Shown: one piece after another, positions 25,681 through 38,052 of the stretch | Layout of the letters: every line of letters begins with the position of its first letter | Position numbering within the stretch: position 1 is the stretch's first letter | Source: the human T2T-CHM13v2.0 reference genome, Homo sapiens | Strand: one strand, 5' to 3' | NCBI RefSeq assembly: GCF_009914755.1 | Contig: NC_060947.1 | Length of the DNA: 64,000 nt | Position numbers and translations under genes: made by a program | Notes under the pieces: model-generated | Seen by the model: only the letters and a program-made list of their open reading frames with translations | The model's database searches: none | Told to the model about the DNA's origin: nothing

Positions 25681-27150
25681 ATGGGGCTGTCCCAACTCTC
25701 CAGGTCCCTTCTCCCAGGTGGAATCCAGTACTCACTTTCCTCTGGGGTATTCACTTCCCTCTGGAGAACTCACTCCCCTCTGGGGTATTCACTCCCTTCT
25801 GGGGTACTCACTTTCCCCAGAGTATTCACTCCCATCCAGAGTATTCACTCCCCTCTTCTAAAAAACAAAACATTCAACTTTCAAATTCAACATCATCTAA
25901 AAATCTTTCTCCAACACAATGGTAAATGATCTGAAGTGCTTTGCTTATCTCCGCTCATGCCTCACTCACTCTCCTGCCAATCTTGTTCACCTTTTCAAAT
26001 CTTCCTCCTCAAGGAGAAACCCCCCAAAATGCCTCCTCCTCGGGACAAGCCTTCCTCCTCTGAATTTCAACCTGGCCAACAAACCCCTTCGTCTGGCTCC
26101 TGCCCTCTCCCATTCCCTCCACCTTCTCCTTCGGATCCGGCTCCTCCACCCCCTTACTGTCACCCTCCATCCCCCTTCCTTCTCCACCTCAAACCAGGTC
26201 TCACGCCCAACGCTCTTTTGCCGAAAACCAGACACATGCCCAAAGGCCTTCCAAAGTCTTTCCCTTGCAGGAGGTTGCAAGGACTGAAGGCATAATCTGA
26301 ATTCAAGTTCCCTAGCTGACTTCTCCCATACTGAAAAGAGACTTTGCTCCTTTTCAATGGATCCTACCTCCTTCCTCAAGGAATGTCTGTACTTCCCTAA
26401 ATCTTATGACCTTACCTGGCATGACATATATGTCATCCTCTCCTCTACCCTCACCCTGGAGGACAGGGAACACATATTTACGGGTGCCCAGGTCCATGAG
26501 AACACCCTCCACCAACAAGATGCTGCTCATAACCCAGTAGGGACCCTAGCTGTCCCCAGAACTGACCTCAATCGGAATTATCAGGCAACTTCTGTAGACA
26601 GGCAGAAACCAGGCCATATGATATCATGCCTTCTAGCTGGCATAAATAAAGTCGCCCCTGCTCTTTTCCTCTCCCGCCTTTTCAAAGGTCACAACTAAAT
26701 ATGCCACCTTAAGCCCTAATACCATTAAGGGCAAAATCTACCTCCATTTACACTTTATCTCCCAGTCAGCCCCAGACATTTGAAAAAAAACTTTAAAAAG
26801 TGGAGGATGGCCCTCAAACCTCCAAAGAGACTTAATCAAAGTGGCCTTTAAGGTCTATAAGATTAGAGAGGAAGAACTAAAAAACCCAAACCTAAAAAAG
26901 GGCCAGGCTAAATATCAAATGCTGATAGCTGCCACTCAACAGGGTTCCCAAGGCATACAGAATTCCTCAACTTGGCAACAGTCAACTCCAGGAGCCTGTT
27001 ATAAGTGCATCCAACAGGGACACTGAGCAAAAGCCTGGCCTAACCCCGTGACACTCTGGAAGCCTTGCCCCATCTGTGATATCAAGCAACACTGGAAGTC
27101 AGACTGTGCTCAGTGAAACTCTTCATCTAGCTTCACCACCTGTACCTGAA
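25681..27150 (+). pseudogene. ERV gag remnant (MA, proline-rich linker, CA, two zinc knuckles)
   Basis: MG start; KTFNFQIQHHLKIFLQHNGK*SEV (MA-like); DPTSFLKECLYFPKSYDLTWHDIYVILSSTLT (CA); CYKCIQQGH and CPICDIKQHWKSDC knuckles. Frameshifts and stops present. Confidence 0.85.
25728..25855 (+). repeat. 19-bp minisatellite (~6.8 units, consensus gtattcactcccctctggg) at the 5' end of gag
   Basis: Units start at 25728, 25747, 25766, 25785, 25804, 25822 and 25841. Confidence 0.85.
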
Positions 27151-30100
27151 GACAGGTGGGGCCTAGAGTCCACCACCCCTACTGCCATCACCACCTCGGA
27201 ACCCAGGGTAATTCTGTCAGTCTCTAGTAAGTCCATGTCTTTCCTATTGGATACTCAATACGACAACTAGTTACTCGGTTTTACCAGAATATTCTAGACC
27301 CTTTTTCTGTTCTTCGATCTCTATTGTGAGAATCAATAAAATCCCCTCTAGGCACAGACTCGTCCTTTATTATGCAACCTATTCAACAGCCCCCTTCACC
27401 CACTGTTTCCTGGTTATCCCTCAGTCCCCTACCCCTATCTTGGGGTGGGACATATTAAGTAAATTCCAGGCCTCCATGCAATGCGGCTCCTACAATTCTA
27501 CCCCTTTTATTTTACTCCGACACCCAAACGCTTCCCTCTCCCCCTACTCATCCTCATTATCCACCCTGTTACCTTCTGTTAATTCTAAAGCTTGGAATGT
27601 TTCCAAACCCACAATAGCCACACATCACATCCCAGTTAAAATAACCTTTCAAAACTCCTCCATTTTCTTTTTTCAGTCTCAATATCCCCTTAATCCAGCC
27701 GTGCTTAGGGGCCTCAAACCTATTATTTGTAAACTTTAACAAGCTCATATTCTCAAGCCTGTTAACTCTCCCCAGAACACCCCTATTCTGGCTTTCCAAA
27801 AGACAGACGGGACTTACCCCTTTGTCCAGGATCTCCAAGTTGTTGACCAGGCAGTGGTACCAATACATCTAGTGGTCCTCAACCAATATGCTCTACTCTC
27901 CCATATTCCTAAATCTACTACACACTCCTCTGTATTGGAACTGAAAGATGCCTATTTCACCATTCCCTTAAATCCGGCTTACAGAAGTCTTTTTGCTTTA
28001 ACTTGGTCAAGTCCTAATACTCACATGTGCACCCAACTAGAGTGGACTGTACTCTTACAGGGGTTCCAGGATAGCCCCCACCTATTCAGACTTGCCCTCA
28101 TCAAGGACCTAGGTGAACTTTCCCTTGCTGCTAGCACCCTCCTGCAACATGTCAAACTCCTTCTCTGTAGCCCCTTCCTTAACCTGTCCATCCAACACAC
28201 CACTTAGGTTTTAAACTTCCTCCATAATAGAGGAAATCTCAGGTAGCCCAAACCAAAGTTTGGGCCTAGCCCACAATATTTCAGGTAGCCCAAACCAAAG
28301 TTACTTACCTTGGGTTTGTCCTAACCCCTAATTCTCGAGCCATCCCAACCCAATGAAAGGAGCTAATTTGGGACATGCCCTTTCCTCACACAAAAAAGTA
28401 CCTTCTCTCCTTCTCGGGCCTTGTGGGTTACTTCTGGCTGTCAGTTCCCAATTTTGACTTGCTGGCCAAGCCACTAAACAGGGCCTCACATGGGCCCATC
28501 CTAAAACCCCTAAACCCAGCTTGCCCCATCAACTCCCACTTAAAAACTTAAAAATGCCCTTTTAATGGCCCTGGCACAGGGACTGCCCAACCTCACCAAG
28601 CCCGTTACTTTGTATGTACATTCTGACCAGGGCCTTGCCCTTGGACTACTCTGCCAAACATACGGCAACGCCACACAAGCCACTGCACTTCTCTCAAAAC
28701 AACTGGACTCTGTTGTTTTGTGTGACCAAGGCTGGTCACTCTGAAGAAAAATCTTGGCTGTGGCCACATCGCTGGCCTTAGAGGCACGGAAACTCCCTCT
28801 TTACCAACACATTACTATTGCATCTTCCCATTACCTACAGGACCTCATAAACCATCAATCCCTTCTATCCCTCCTACCATCCTGCTTATAACAGGTACAT
28901 GCCTTATTCCTAGGTAGCCCTCTAATCCCCTTCCAGAGATATAAAACTCTCAACCCAGCCACCCTCCTCCCTGTAAACACTTCCGATTCTAGGCTCTCTC
29001 ACTCCTGTCTGGACCTCTTAGACTCCCTCTCCTCCTCCTTCCAACACATTTCACATGCCCCTTTGCAGGGAACACATACACGGTTAGTTAATGGAAGCTC
29101 TTTTAGGGAGCCATGTCCAGCAGCTGGCTATTCCATCATTGCTGAAAATAAACTCCTAGAATCCAATGCTCTGCCACCCCATGCTACCTCTCAACAGCCT
29201 AAGCTAGTTGCCCTAACCAGGGCCCTCACCCTAGCAAAGGGAAAGAGGGTCAACATTTACACCCATTCCAAATATGCATACCATATCCTACAGTCTCATG
29301 CCTTCATCTGGCAGGAACAGGGTTTCCTAACTACAAAAGGAACTCCCATAAGAAATGGCAAACTTATACATAAGCTGCTGGGGGTGGATAAACTACCACC
29401 AAAGGCCACCATTATCCATTGCAAGGGGTGCCGAAAGTCTAAAGATGCCATAACCGAGAGAAACCTTTCAACAAATTTGGCAGCCTGGCAGGCAGCCCTT
29501 AAAACCCCATCGTTATTGCTCATTTTTTCCTGTATATACCCAGAAGGAATGAACCCCACTTGCCCGGGCTGGCGCCATTCAGGAAAAAATTGTTTGATCT
29601 CAGTGATAAAGTGTCTTGTCCAAGTTTAAAAAACCTTCTGTACTTTCATATGTGCACAACCATTTCCATGCTGCTTACTGCCCCTACTCCAGCTTTTAGA
29701 AAATTATATACATTCTTCTGCCATGGCTGCCAATCTGAAATATATTACTAAGGCATGTTCCCTTTGCACTCAAACTTCCCCTCAGGAAGCTATCAAACCA
29801 CCTCCTTTCCAACACACAAGGTCTGAGGACACTTACCAGGGCAGGACTAGCAAATCAACGTCACTCACATGTCCCCCAGAAAGTGATTCCTATACCTTCT
29901 GACAATAGTAGATACATTCTCTGGATGGATAAAAGCTTTTCCCACCACCACCGAAAAGGCACAGACCATTGCTTCTATTCTCTTCACCCATATTATCCAC
30001 CGGTTTAAACTCCCCTCTTGCATCCAGTCAGACAACGGGCCAATTTGTTTCACAGTTTAACCAACAGCTGGTAAAGGCTGTAAACATTAAATTGGCTTTG

Positions 30101-30700
30101 CATATTCCTTACCACCCCGAATCTTCAGGGAAACTTTTTTAGAAAACAGCAACTGACCAATCTTCCCTAAAGGTTAAAATGGCCTGGACTTCACTTCTCC
30201 CATTGTTCCTCATGCATTTATGAGTCATTTCCCAAAAGCTCCTCAGCCTAAGCCCATTTAAACTCATGTACAAATGCCCTTTTATCCTCCAGAATCTCCC
30301 TGTATTTTCCCCCCATTCTATATGGAATACTTGGCCGGCGTTACACCTCACCCAACATCTAATAAGACAGTACACAAATGCTTACTTGACCCAGCCTAAA
30401 AGTCCATCCTCAAAATACTCCTCCCTGTCCCTACAACCAGGGGACTGGGTCTGAATCACAGACTCCTCCTCCTCCCCTTTCCAACCTAAGCGGAAATGTT
30501 CCCACCAGGTTATCCTAACTACTCCGACTGGGGCAAAGCTAACATCCTTTCCACACTGAATACACCATTCCAAACTAAAAAGAGCACCAGACCCACATCT
30601 AGAAATTTCCTCACCCCCATATTATTCTCCTTCCCCGACAGGACCAACCTCACTGTACTTAACAAGAATTCCAGAAGTTGCCAATCCAGAACACCTTAGT
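27151..30700 (+). pseudogene. ERV pro-pol remnant (protease, RT, RNase H, integrase)
   Basis: FLLDT...PTPILGWDIL (PR); QYPL, LELKDAYFTIPL, QGFQDSPHLF (RT, YxDD motif destroyed); VNGSS...LVALTRALTLAKGKRVNIYT (RNase H); VDTFSGW, QSDNGP, LQPGDWV (IN). Confidence 0.88.
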
Positions 30701-32121
30701 CCATAACACTCTCTGTCTCCAATTTCCAATCTTTTATCTCCTACTTTATTTCAGATCTTTCCTGGCTACCCTTCCCCATGTCCCTGAATAGTCCATGCCA
30801 ATTCGTCATACTAATCCAGGAGGTATGACTGCAGGGCACCTTCCAAAATTTCACTCCTACTCAAATCTCCTCTTTCTTCTTTTGTCCTCTTTGTCTGTGG
30901 GATACTCTAAGTCCCCACCCCCAACCTCTGACAGTTGAGCCCCCTTCATCAGCCTCACACCTTTCCTCTTAAATCAGTCACACTCCCCTCTTCCTTCCAA
31001 CTGTTAAACTTGTTTGTCCACACAAATCCAGCAATTCACAGCCCTTCCTGTCAACCTGGCCACATGAACTCGGTCCAAAATAAGCCTGCATCTCACCTAC
31101 TTGACCAGTTCATTCCCAAACCTGTTTATAATCTTGATCAGCTAAACTCTTTTTCCCCCAATCCATCAAATCCACCCACACCATCACATACAGGGCTGTC
31201 ACCCTCCCTCGCCTCATAGCCTCTTAACTGAATATGTTACAAACGGATTCCATAAAACACCTTTTAGAAACCCCTCCCCTCTTGGCTGGAGCCGCTCTTC
31301 ATATTATCCAACTCAAGGGCGCTCGCTGGAAAACATGCACAAACAATTCCCTCAAGTGCAACCTATATCCTTCTGCCCTGTCAGGGCTACAATGGCTATT
31401 AGTTACAAAAACCCATTTCCCCCTCTCTTTCCAAAACCAAACAGCCTCCATCTCCTCCACCACCAACATTTCCTATCAGGCCGTCAGAGGGGCTACCCTT
31501 GCTGGCAGCTATTCAACTTGGAAAAATATAAAAGTTAAAACAAAGAATTTCTGCAGAATTCAACACCCACCTTCTCATGGCTTGCCACCATAACCTACAA
31601 CTTTTGTCTGTCCACCCCCAGTGTCTTCTTCTTTTGTGCCACAAACTCTTATCTCTGCCTACTGGCCAAATGGTCAGGAACATACACCCTGGTGTTTCAG
31701 CCTAAACATTAACATTTTGCCTAACAAGCAGACCATCCAGGTTCCTTTAGTAGCTTCTGTCTCATCTTCCTCCACACACACTAAGCAGGCTCTACATCTC
31801 ATTCTAGTGTTAGCAGAAGTAAACATCTCTGCTGCAGTCAGCACTGAGATAGCAGGGGGCCCCTTTCTTAGGACCCTTAATTTTCCTCCTCCTAATACTA
31901 CAATTGGCCCATGTATATTTACCTTCATATCCCGCTTTATCTCCCGAAGGCTAAACTCCCCTGTCCAGGCGGCCACCCAGCAACACATTGATACCATCCT
32001 TCTCCTCTGCCAAGTCCAGTACCAGTGCCTCCAGGAAAACAACTCTGAAGTCCAACACCCACTGCTTCAAAACCCAAACCCTGATTACAGCTCCCCTATT
32101 CGGCAGGAAGCAGCCAGATAA
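30701..32121 (+). pseudogene. ERV env remnant with internal deletion
   Basis: HTKQALHLILVLAEVNISAAVSTEIAG resembles a furin site plus fusion peptide. It is followed almost directly by the TM-anchor/tail motif IGPCIF. Confidence 0.75.
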
Positions 32122-32166
32122 TCAACAATGCCCCTCTTCCTTTTATACTAAAGTAGAAGGCAAGAA

Positions 32167-32614
32167 TGTGAGTCCAAACCACCATTTAGTAAGCACCCTG
32201 CTATTTTTCAGACCTTGGTCAAAGTGAAACATTCCACGGGGGTTCGGGCCATGAGAAAAATCTTGCCTAATCGTCGTAACACAAGACGGACAAAGGTCCA
32301 ACTAAAGAAACTTTCCTATCATATCTTGCTGGGCAAAGTTTCAAGATACACCACAATGACATCCCACTGGAAAAAGGACCAAACAGCCTGATCATAAAAA
32401 CATCTTATCAATATCCTGCCGGGCAGCAAGCCATACTGCCCAGGCCCCTCCCACCCCTACCTACAAGCACCCCAGCCTGTAAGCAGCGGTGGGCTCTGGC
32501 ATTAAGCGGGTCCCCCACTTCCACAGGTGTCTGCAGTATTCCTGTGTTGCTGTTTGAGCCACCCCCTCTCTGTGTGTCTTTCTTTCACCCTCACCTTCCC
32601 TTCAAAACCTGACA
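32167..32614 (+). mobile_element. 3' LTR of the intronic ERV (448 bp)
   Basis: tgtgagtccaaac...ttcaaaacctgaca, directly after the polypurine tract. Confidence 0.9.
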
Positions 32615-32621
32615 ATCTTAC

Positions 32622-32699
32622 CTCATCATTTTTTTTGTTATTGGATTCACAGGGGCTCTTCGTCTTCTCCCCATTGGTGCTGGAAGTTGGCTGTTCCAT
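32622..32699 (-). CDS. SPANXN3: SPANX family member N3, coding exon 1 (MEQPTSSTNGEKTKSPCESNNKKNDE, 26 aa)
   Basis: ATG at 32699-32697 on the minus strand. The exon ends ...GATGAG|GTAAGAT, a canonical phase-0 donor. The peptide matches the recalled SPANX-N N-terminus and joins in frame to exon 2 to give 141 aa. Confidence 0.93.
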
Positions 32700-32805
32700 G
32701 ATTCTGGTTGGTTGTAGAATGTCTATAGTAGGCTCCTGTAGACTGCAGACTTCCACAGCTATGTTGAAGCTTCCCAGTGGGATGTCCCAGAGCTCTTGCC
32801 CTCCC

Positions 32806-32917
32806 TATATATACCCTCCTGGTGACAAGGCAAAGCCACACCCTTGAGCTTTGTTTGATCATACAGGCAGTGTCCCAGCCAATGGCGGTCCTAAGGTGGC
32901 TTTGACATCACAAAGCC
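32806..32917 (-). promoter_or_regulatory. SPANXN3 proximal promoter: TATA box, CACCC box, CCAAT box and CRE-like site
   Basis: TATATATA 32806-32813 (~107 nt upstream of the ATG), CCACACCC 32836-32843, CCAAT 32879-32883, TGACATCA 32903-32910. Confidence 0.65.
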
Positions 32918-33654
32918 CCACTGCTGACCACTCCTTGGGCTTGTGGGGGAGGGGTGACAGGGATGTAGAGGAAACCAAATGCGGTTGTTGTTTCAGCATC
33001 CCCTGAAGATGCATCCCAAACCGATCTGCCGCCGCTCCTCATTTCTCCATGTTTAATGTTCATGGTTCACATGGAAGTCAGAGGATGATTCCTTCAAGCC
33101 CTTCCCCACAGCCATTCCTATGAAGTGATTCATTCTTTTGTCTTCCAGCCCTCACCATGACTTAGTATTTTAGATGTCTCACCTCAAATCCCCCAAGCTA
33201 GTGTGGCTACATTTAATTATTAGTTATTAATTACTAGTTACATTTAATAATTAATAATTAATTATCCCATTTCCCTCCTACAGTTCCTTCATATGCACCT
33301 TGAAGACCATTTACTTTTAGGCTACTGCCAGGCAAATTTCAACCCATGTTATTTTACTCAATGTCCGTGTAGTTCTTTTAAATTTCCTATTTCCAATCTG
33401 CAATAATGGCCTTCAGTCTGTCAAAATTTTAGTGAATAAACATTCTTTACTGTGTATCCTAGTCTTGTTTCAAATGAGGGGTGTATTTTCATAGTAAATG
33501 TAGTCTCCCAACATGAATTCTGCCAGTATGTGGGTGGGGGAAGGAGTGGATATTCAAGTGCTGGAAGTTGTTCTCAGTGTTTACATGCAGGATGCTACAA
33601 TCTAAGACCCACATGTGCACCAGTATGGGCATAGTTATACTTTGTACTGGAGAT

Positions 33655-34425
33655 TGTGTCCAGTGCAAAAAGAAAAATGCATTCAGTTTGGAAGGGGAGA
33701 AGTAAAAGTGTCTTTTGTCAAAGACTACATGAAAGTATATGTAGAAAAGTCAATCTATAAAAAAGCTTCTACAATAATTGAGGTTAGCAAGATTGCAGAG
33801 TAAGAGATCAATACACAAATCAATTGTATGTTTATATATTAGAAGAGGCAGTGTTTCAGCTAATGGTAGTCCTAGGGTGGACTGGAAGTTAATTTCAACA
33901 AATGAAAGTTGAAACTAAGAACAGTGCAATTTAAAATATCACTAAAAATATTAAAGTCTTAGGGATAAATCTGACCAAAAATGTAAATGACTTGTACACT
34001 TAAAACTACAAAAAAATTGCAATGATAAGTTAATGACATCAAAAATCCAGATGTATACTTTGATTTTCGGTTGGAAGATTCAATATTGTAAAGTGGCAGT
34101 TATTCCAAATTCATCTGTAAGTTCAACTCAATTCTAATCAAAATTCTAAAAAGGATTTTTAATAGAAATTGACAAGATAATTATAATAGTCATATGGAAA
34201 TGTAAAGTGCCTAGAACAGCCAAAAGAAAAGTGTTGAATCTTAAAAAGCTCTGGATTGCATCACTGTCAATGTTCTAGTTTTGATAGTGTAATGTGGTAG
34301 TGTACTGAAGATTTTACCATTGGGAGAGGCTGGTTGAAGGGTACATAAGGCCTCCATGTACATATCTTTGAAACTTCTTGTGAACTTATAATTGTTTCAA
34401 AATAAAAAGCTAAAAATGTTTTAAA
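33655..34425 (+). mobile_element. Old L1M ORF2 and 3' fragments
   Basis: agcaagattgcagagtaagagatcaatacacaaa and ggttggaagattcaatattgtaaa motifs. Confidence 0.65.
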
Positions 34426-36586
34426 AGAGAATAAGAGAGAGGGCCAAAGATAAAGAAGGCATGGCCCTAGATTCCTCCCATAGGTTGACACTTGTCCATT
34501 CTCTATAGGAAGTCACAAAACGCAATAACGGAAAAAAAAAATTTAAAAATAGAACAAAAGTGAAGTAGACCCTGGATTTTTGTTCCGGTGTTCGTCAAGC
34601 TCACATATCTTTACTTCATACACCATAAAATCAATAAAAGCCTAGCAAAATACGCTGCTGACCCTCCAGAAACAAATAATTTATAGCACTCCCATGACTG
34701 CCATCTAAACACTAACAAACCAAGCGAACCTTGTATACATTTTTTTTCCTTAGTGAATTCCAGATGTTGTCTACAGATTAACAACTCCATTTAGTAAATT
34801 CTTACAAACTAACATCTAAGTATTTATTTCTTTTGGACTTTTGCCTGCAATTAACAGTGAGAACATCAAACTGTCATGTCATAAAAAACAAAACAAAACA
34901 AAACAAAACAAGCAAGAACCAACAGCCATGCCGCATCAAATAGGGTAGGTCAAAAATTGATTAAAATTGCTGAAAATAACAGCTTTCAATTACCTTATTA
35001 CCTTTTATGATTGTTTTCTAAATTTGTTTACAAAAAATATTTTGATGGGTATATCACTATCCAGTGAAAATTCATCAAAATGTTAGGAACACATTCAGTG
35101 GCATATTTCTATTGAAAGATTACAACTTACTTTATAAAATAACTCCTATTGAAAAACTTAGTGATTATGTTATATTTTCCACTAAAATGAATAATAAAGA
35201 ATTAAAGGTCATCAGTGTACAATGAGTTCATTGTATTGATTTTTTTTAAAATTTCTGATGTGTTCAGTTTTTAAGAATATTCTTCTTTTTCATATCAGGT
35301 TGAGGAACTACTCAAAGTGACTCTCCCATATCATGCTGTAAGTCAGAGATGGACCCAGGGTCAGAACCAGGGACTCCTTTAAACCTTTTCACCTCTTGTT
35401 TTTGAGCCTTTGTACAAGTGATATTACAGACTGACATTAGTTTAGTTATAATAATAACCCTCAACTGCATTCTTAATGATTTTTGTTACAATTTTTATCT
35501 AAGGTAGGTTTAAACACCACACAAAGTACCAGACACAGGATAGGATCTGCTTGGGATGTGCAGCATTCCATGGCCACAAAGAGCAAGGTGTTAGAAGCCA
35601 ACCGTATATTTCCCTCTGGAGCACAGACAGTTGAAAAGCAATCATTGAGAAAGAGTTGAGTATGAAAGAGAAATACATCCTACTACTGGCTTTACGTGTG
35701 ACTGAATGAGTGGCTTTGAAAAATACCAGCACGATTACCTCCACTGCAACCACCACTACCTCTACACTAATATTAATACTACTACTAGCCATAGATTCTA
35801 TACACCAAGAACCTATTATATGTCAGGCTCTGCTCTAAGCACATAGTATCTAGGTCAAACAGATGATACATCCAAAATGGGATATTTGACAAATATTTGT
35901 CTGCAAAGGGACCATCTATAAACAGGTAGATGCAGGGGGAACGTCAGAGATTGTGCTAGTAGCAGCTGCCATAACTCCGAACCCAAAGGAATGAGAGCAG
36001 GGAGGAAGTGGTTACTAGAATCTGGAAAAATCAATAATCATGAGAAAATTGCTGTCTTCAGAAGTACAGTGACCTCCACCAAGAGACTCATCCAGCTCAA
36101 GGTGACTCACAGGGATGGAGCCAGGGGAATAGGTCCACAGCCCTCACTCTCCTTCCTTTCTCCCTCCCACCTCCAACTCTCCTTGGGGCTTTTCATTAGC
36201 CAAACCCAGTGGACACCAGAGTCCAGGAGCCCATTGAGAGAATCCTTCCTAAATAGCCTCTCAGGACAGCACAGGTGAAGAATGGTGGTGAGTGGATCTG
36301 GAAAGGCAGAGGGAAGATGTTCAGCAGAGATGCAATACTCACAGCAGTCCCAGGAGGTAGATATCATCATGCGGGTCTGATTTACTGATAAGGAAATTGA
36401 GGCTCAGAGAAGCTCAATAACACAGTAATTGTGAAACAGTGTTCAAACCAAGTTCAAGCTGCCCTACATCTCATATTCTTTCTGGTACTCTGGGTAAACT
36501 GCGTACCTTCTGTAGGCTTCAGATCCCTCAGCTGTAGCATGAGTCAATTGGAACAACCAATGTCATTTTTTAAAAATATGCTATGA

Positions 36587-36900
36587 GGCCGGGCACAGTG
36601 GCTCACAGCTGTAATCCCAGCACTTTGGGAAGCTGAGGCGAGCAGATTGCCTGAGCTTAGGAGTTCGAGACCAGCCTGGGCAATATGGCAAAACCCCATC
36701 TCTACTAAAAATTCCAAAAATTAGACAAGCATGGTGGCACATCCCTAGAGTCCCAGCTACTCAGGAAACTGAAGAACGAGAATTGCTTGAACCCAGGAGG
36801 TGGGGGTTGCAGTGAGCTGAGATGGGGCCAATGCACTCCAGCCTGGGTGGCAGTGAGACCCTGTCTCAAAAAATAAATAAATAAAATAAGATAATAAATA
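36587..36900 (+). mobile_element. Alu with 15-bp TSD
   Basis: aaaaatatgctatga at 36572-36586 and 36901-36915. Confidence 0.93.
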
Positions 36901-36940
36901 AAAAATATGCTATGATTCTATAATCCTCACTTTTTAAAAA

Positions 36941-38052
<1,112 letters not shown>

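Larger units (their letters stand above)
24659..32614 (+). mobile_element. Full-length decayed class I (HERV-H/F supergroup) provirus, LTR-gag-pro-pol-env-LTR, antisense to SPANXN3
   Basis: Two similar LTRs with TG...CA ends, Phe-tRNA PBS, polypurine tract aaagtagaaggcaagaa 32150-32166, and ordered gag/pro/RT/RNase H/IN/env motifs. Exact family not determined. Confidence 0.93.
24471..32621 (-). other. SPANXN3: SPANXN3 intron (8151 bp, GT-AG, phase 0), filled almost entirely by an ERV
   Basis: GT at 32621-32620 and AG at 24472-24471 on the minus strand. Consistent with the known ~8-kb ERV-containing intron of SPANX-N genes. Confidence 0.9.

Noticed and set aside
25728-25855. CRISPR-like appearance of the short repeat array
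   Set aside because: Head-to-tail degenerate units with no unique spacers, in mammalian DNA with no cas genes.
25681-32121. Possible intact or domesticated retroviral gag, pol or env
   Set aside because: Many stops and frameshifts, the RT YxDD and protease DTG motifs are mutated, and the env ectodomain is deleted. The longest fragment is 188 aa.
32502-32756. 84-aa ORF extending exon 1 upstream and into the LTR
   Set aside because: It starts at a non-ATG codon and simply reads through a strong splice donor. The spliced 141-aa product explains the sequence.
33209-33265. AT-rich quasi-palindromic tract upstream of the SPANXN3 promoter
   Set aside because: Low-complexity sequence. Self-complementarity is expected from composition, so no function can be supported.
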